From Felis catus (lineage: Eukaryota): a stretch of 64,000 bases of DNA. Under the pieces are notes generated by a model, which saw only the letters and a program-made list of their open reading frames with translations, ran no database searches and was not told where the DNA came from. Numbering within the stretch: position 1 is the stretch's first letter; every line of letters starts with the position of its first letter. Made by a program: the position numbers and the translations under genes. The DNA is taken from assembly GCF_018350175.1 (NCBI RefSeq), contig NC_058368.1:66714001-66778000 (forward strand), given 5' to 3'. Positions 61,153 to 64,000 of the stretch are shown one piece after another.

Positions 61153-63491
61153 TAACTACAATTAATTGTGACACTCCTTTGACCATTAAAGTGACTGACA
61201 GTGAACATCAGGAGGCAGAGGTTAGAGATTTGGAGGCTCAAAGTCGGATTGCGTCCTCCCTCCTGCCCCTCACCCCACAGTCCCACCAGGACTGAAAGAT
61301 CAAACCATTAGAAAGACAAGTGACACTCATGTCTCGACGCAAATAAAAAATTCAAAAGTGCTAGAAAGGACTTTAATATTCCTTTCCCTTAAGGGACAGA
61401 AGCAAATTGACGGCCAGGGAAGGGCTCTTCAGTATACAAATTCTTTATAGCACAGGCACAAGATTTTAAACAATGTCCTCAGCCCTCTCCTCTTTTGTCT
61501 GTGGCGATAGAATGGGGGATTCTGTGCTCCAACAGCTCTTTCAGGGAAAACATAAACACTCCAAAATGTAAACTTCACATAGTTGCTGCATTCAAATTAA
61601 TGAAAGCTGGAAGTGTCCCTGTTCTCAGGATGGGGTGGCTATTGTGGAAAATGCCTTCTTAAGCACTTCTGGCAGCCAGTTTCCTGCCCAGAACAGTCCA
61701 GAGAGCGTCTCTGCCTTCACAGCCATGGAGTCCATATCCTGGGGGGCCAGCAGGGCAGCAGTGAGGGGGGCCATAAGTGCCTGCAAGGGTTCTCCACCAA
61801 CACAAACCTCTTGAGTCTCTGCCTTTGGAAGTGCTCGCTACGGTAGAAGAATGAAAATTGACCCTTGGTCCTACTGAGAAAAAAACAACAAAAGAAAACA
61901 AAGCAGAATGGATGACCACGTTTTCAGACACGAGCAAACCTGGAACAGATTCTTCCACAGGCGTTGGGCTGACCACGTACGCAAAACGAAATTTTGCAGC
62001 ACACTTTATTTTGATTATTTGAAGCCAGGTGTTGATAAGTACGGATGTGCTTGTTCAATCTCTTTATATTCTATATCAAGAAGCTGAGACCCAGAGAATT
62101 TGAATGACTTACTAGTAGTTACACAGCCAGTTAGAGACAGGGCTAGAATAAGAGCCAATATCCCTATGTCCTTTCCATTCTGTTGCATTGCAATGCCCAT
62201 CTACCTTTTTATTTGAATACGTTTTTAATTCAAAATTATTCGCTGTTGGACTGGGTGGAAATAAATCTGGGCTTCCGGGCTTTTACTATAAATCTGCTAT
62301 TAGAAAAATTAGCACCTCCCTAGACTGTTTTCCAAAATGTGTTTTAACATGCTTCTTCAGCTTAAAGTATTTTATGTCAGGGTTAAGAGAGGCAGGAACT
62401 CTTGGTCAATATTATTATTATCTTAGAGAAATCCAGGTTATTAACTCTCACTTTGCACCTAGCAAGGCATCTAGTTATAAAAAAAAAATCACAACTTAAA
62501 ACTTTTTCAAAAAATCACAAAAACGTGTGAAAAAATCTCTTTTTTGGCACTTTGGATGGTGATAACACAGCTTTCCTTTCAACCACATGCATGAAATTTC
62601 TGACAAATTTAGGATAGTTTGGCAGTTCATTTCAAAGCTGTTGGTGTCTGGACCGTGGAGGATGTGATTATGGGACCTAAAATCATATTGTAAAATGTTA
62701 CATAATGATCTTGTTTGCAAAAATTCAGCTTAGTTTGCCTTTCCCAAGTTGGAAACACTGAACTTAATAATGGATACAAATATAAAGGGTCAGTTACGTA
62801 TCGCTTTCCATTTGCCCATTCCAGAGCTGTTTATTTATGATTCAATTACTTTACCATTTCCCTCAATGTGTCAGATTCGGGACTAAGGATAAGGATGAAT
62901 GAAACACATTGTCTCTACCTTCAGGAATGTAGAGTACATAAACTTGAGCACAGTTACAAGAGACGGATTATTATGCACGTTGGGAAAGTATGACAAGGAC
63001 TGAGAAGACAGACGCCTTTAAGACCTAGAGAATTAGGAAAAGGGGGAAGTGTAAATAGTGGGAAGAGTAAAAACCATGTTTTCCTCTCTCTGTTTGAAGG
63101 ACCTTCCATTTCCTCCCACTCTGGACTAGGGCCAAATTGTCTCTGACTACGACAGACAAACACAGAACTATCCTTCCGTGCCTCCTCCTTTCCGCTGTCT
63201 CAGGGAGTGTGACACTCACTCCCTCACCCCGTGCATGCTCCTGGCTCCGTCCATTTCATTTTCCAGGTCCCCTTGGAGTCTCTTTGTTCTTTCTCTCCTC
63301 CTCTTCCTCTCTCCTTCTCCTTTCTCTTCTTCCTACTACAAATACAAATGACAATACAAACAACAGGTTAAAATGTTAAAGTGATTTTTGAAAATAAAAT
63401 TACATAAAATTATATTAAAAAGTATAAATGATATATAAAAGTAATCCCTTCCTTTCAGCTTTTAAACAATGTTTAAAATATGTAATGTTCA

Positions 63492-63696
63492 GGAAGCCTG
63501 GGTGGCTCAGTCAGTTGAGCGTCTGACTTCAGCTCAGGTCATGATCTCAGGGCTCCTAAGTTCCAGCCGCACGTCGGGCTCTGTGCTGACAGGTCAGAGC
63601 CCAGAGCCTGCTTCAGATTCTATGTCTCCCTCTCTCTCTGCCCCTTCCCCGCTCGTGCTCTGTCTCTCAAAAATAAATAGACATTAAAAAAATTTT
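63492..63696 (+). mobile_element. CanSINE inserted in an old L1
   Basis: TSD aatatgtaatRttca on both sides. Confidence 0.95.
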
Positions 63697-64000
63697 AATA
63701 TGTAATATTCAATATGTATGAAAGAATATGTGTAATGCAAATCCACAAATAAAATAAACCTGTGAAATCCACCCAACCCAAGAAATGGAATTCTGACCAC
63801 GTTCCTCTTCCCCATCCAGAGGCAATCATAATTCTTAGTTTTGTAGCCATCGTTCCCTTGCTTGTCTTGATTGATATGAGTGCATAAAGAATACATTTTA
63901 AAAGTTTGGTTGTTTTTGAGATTTAGAAAATAATATCAAACTCTGTGCTATCTTCTGCTACTTGGTTTTATCCTTGCCATTATATTTCTAAGATTTCATT
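63697..64000 (-). mobile_element. Old L1 (L1ME-like) 3' end
   Basis: cccatccagaggcaatcataattc...tgctacttggttttatcc...attatatttctaagatttcat. Confidence 0.6.

Noticed and set aside
91..63687. Recurring ORFs with motifs such as GAPGWRSRLSVRLQPGHDL and AQSVKRPTSAQVMISRF
   Set aside because: They are translations of CanSINE sequence, not a gene family
1..64000. Assigning the window to a named gene or locus
   Set aside because: No exon or peptide that I could recognise; it needs a BLAST or liftOver search

Overview
Mammalian genomic DNA from a felid (cat family), judged by about 30 tRNA-derived CanSINEs of the feline SINEC_Fc type, many with intact target-site duplications (TSDs). The window looks intronic or intergenic. 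I recognise no protein-coding gene, and nearly all listed ORFs are chance frames or fall in SINEs, L1s, LTRs or microsatellites. Other repeats include L1 3' ends, MaLR (MLT1) solo LTRs, L2, MIR, amniote-age MIR1_Amn-like SINEs, MER5A, MER82 and a probable ancient Gypsy-type LTR. The strongest non-repeat signal is a regulatory module at 44.35-45.3 kb: a dense GATA-site cluster, an orphan CpG island and a (TG)n(CG)n Z-DNA-prone tract. A second GATA/AP-1 cluster lies at about 53.75-53.97 kb. Weaker signals are candidate exons (a 4-nt ATGG microexon, a CpG-rich exon-like patch at 17.1 kb, two open minus-strand exons) and retrotransposition oddities (nested SINE, B-box-deleted SINE, 5'-inverted L1). 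Repeat subfamily names come from my recall of consensus sequences, and boundaries of old repeats are approximate. No database search was run.
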